Assembly: GCA_027604505.1 (NCBI GenBank)
Contig: JADIIX010000063.1
Coordinates: 62,001 to 126,000, forward strand
DNA length: 64,000 nt
Direction of reading: 5' to 3'
From: Gonapodya sp. JEL0774
Taxonomy: Eukaryota
Positions 63,122 to 64,000 of this stretch are shown here, piece after piece; position 1 is the stretch's first letter, and the number at the start of each line of letters is the position of its first letter. Below the pieces are notes generated by a model. That model was given only the letters and a program-made list of their open reading frames with translations. It searched no databases and was not told the origin of the DNA. The position numbers and the translations under genes are program-made.

Positions 63122-64000
63122 TCAGCCGCGATATGTTCTCAGCTTTCGCGATACTGTCTGTCGACAGATCTTCGCAGTGCATATTTTATTAAAAGGTTAC
63201 GGAATGTGATGTCATTATATCAAACAAAGTGGGCACTCACTGGACAACGAGTCAGTTCCTGCCCACAATTCTCACAAAGACAATAGTGCCCACAATTCAA
63301 AAGAATGATAGACGGTTTCTGGTACATTTCGTGTAGCATGAAGGAATGGATGTTCAATTTATGTGTGAGGAAAAGAATAGATGTTAGATGTTAATTGGTG
63401 TATGAGGGAAGAATATCAAAGTTGAACTTGCCTCCACAAAACAAACTACACAGCTCACACTCTCCTCCACTCCATCCGGATCATCCGATTCCAAAGTTCC
63501 ATCACCGGCCTGAGTGCTACCGCCAGTAGCAGTGGTACCACCGACTGTTCGTCTTTGGAAAGATATTGTCCGTGGCCCCCCAGAACCATTTACGCTCACT
63601 ATTCTCCCCAGCATCACACCAGACAAAAGCACTGCCGCAAGAGCTAGTAGTTGCGAAGCCCACTTCCAGGATGCAAAGGATTGTCGTAGGGCTTTGATGT
63701 AGTCAGGTAGGGTGGAAAGCACAAGGATGTGAGGGTAGGTCGAGGGCGGTGATGGTGGTGCAATTGCCCCGGCAGTTTTAGCTCTTGTTGGAAGCAATGT
63801 TGTGGAAAGATTCGAGGGCGGGTTAGCAAGAAGGAGCGGAGGGAACTTGATGGTGGTGTGCTTTGTAATTCCAGGAGTAGGTGTGGAGGCTGAGCTTGAG
63901 CTCAGCACGGCAGGACGCATCGGCGACTTTGCAGAAACGGACGACAATGGCGTCGATACATCTGGCGGACCCGGTTTTAATACCTCAACTAGAGGTAGGG
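63122..64000 (-). CDS. membrane-anchored C3HC4 RING E3 ligase, MUL1/MAPL/SP1-like, 3' part
   Basis: TM WKWASQLLALAAVLLSGVML is followed by the spliced RING CVVCFVE|KPSIILLNCGHYCLCENCGQELTRCP|ICRQTVSRKLRTYRG*. Introns at 63431-63319 (GC-AG) and about 63240-63170. Confidence 0.75.

Overview
This is a gene-dense, intron-rich eukaryotic window. The GT-AG introns, ERG3, MTC1, IDO-gamma and Hop1 point to a fungus, and several genes typical of animals or plants (Ro60 x2, LAMTOR4, a MUL1/SP1-like RING ligase, a FAM13-like RhoGAP, Snapin) suggest an early-diverging, chytrid-like lineage (inference). About 24 protein-coding loci can be assembled by hand across introns. Several are invisible or truncated in the ORF track: LAMTOR4, an F-box pseudogene, the prefoldin-1 3' end with a 7-nt microexon, and a RING domain completed by a GC-AG intron. 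Highlights: (1) two intact, inverted Ro60/TROVE paralogs with RGG-rich N-termini bracket the meiotic HORMA gene HOP1, with a weak Y-RNA-like stem upstream of the second copy; (2) prefoldin-1 carries a canonical-looking H/ACA snoRNA in one long intron and a large unidentified multibranch structured RNA in another; (3) long introns in several small genes are strongly self-complementary; (4) an alphaproteobacterial-type rhodanese has gained introns and a presequence; (5) an F-box ORF is interrupted by two in-frame TGA codons. No tRNA, rRNA, CRISPR array or recognisable transposon was seen. Exon boundaries were read manually and family calls come from motif recognition, not database searches.
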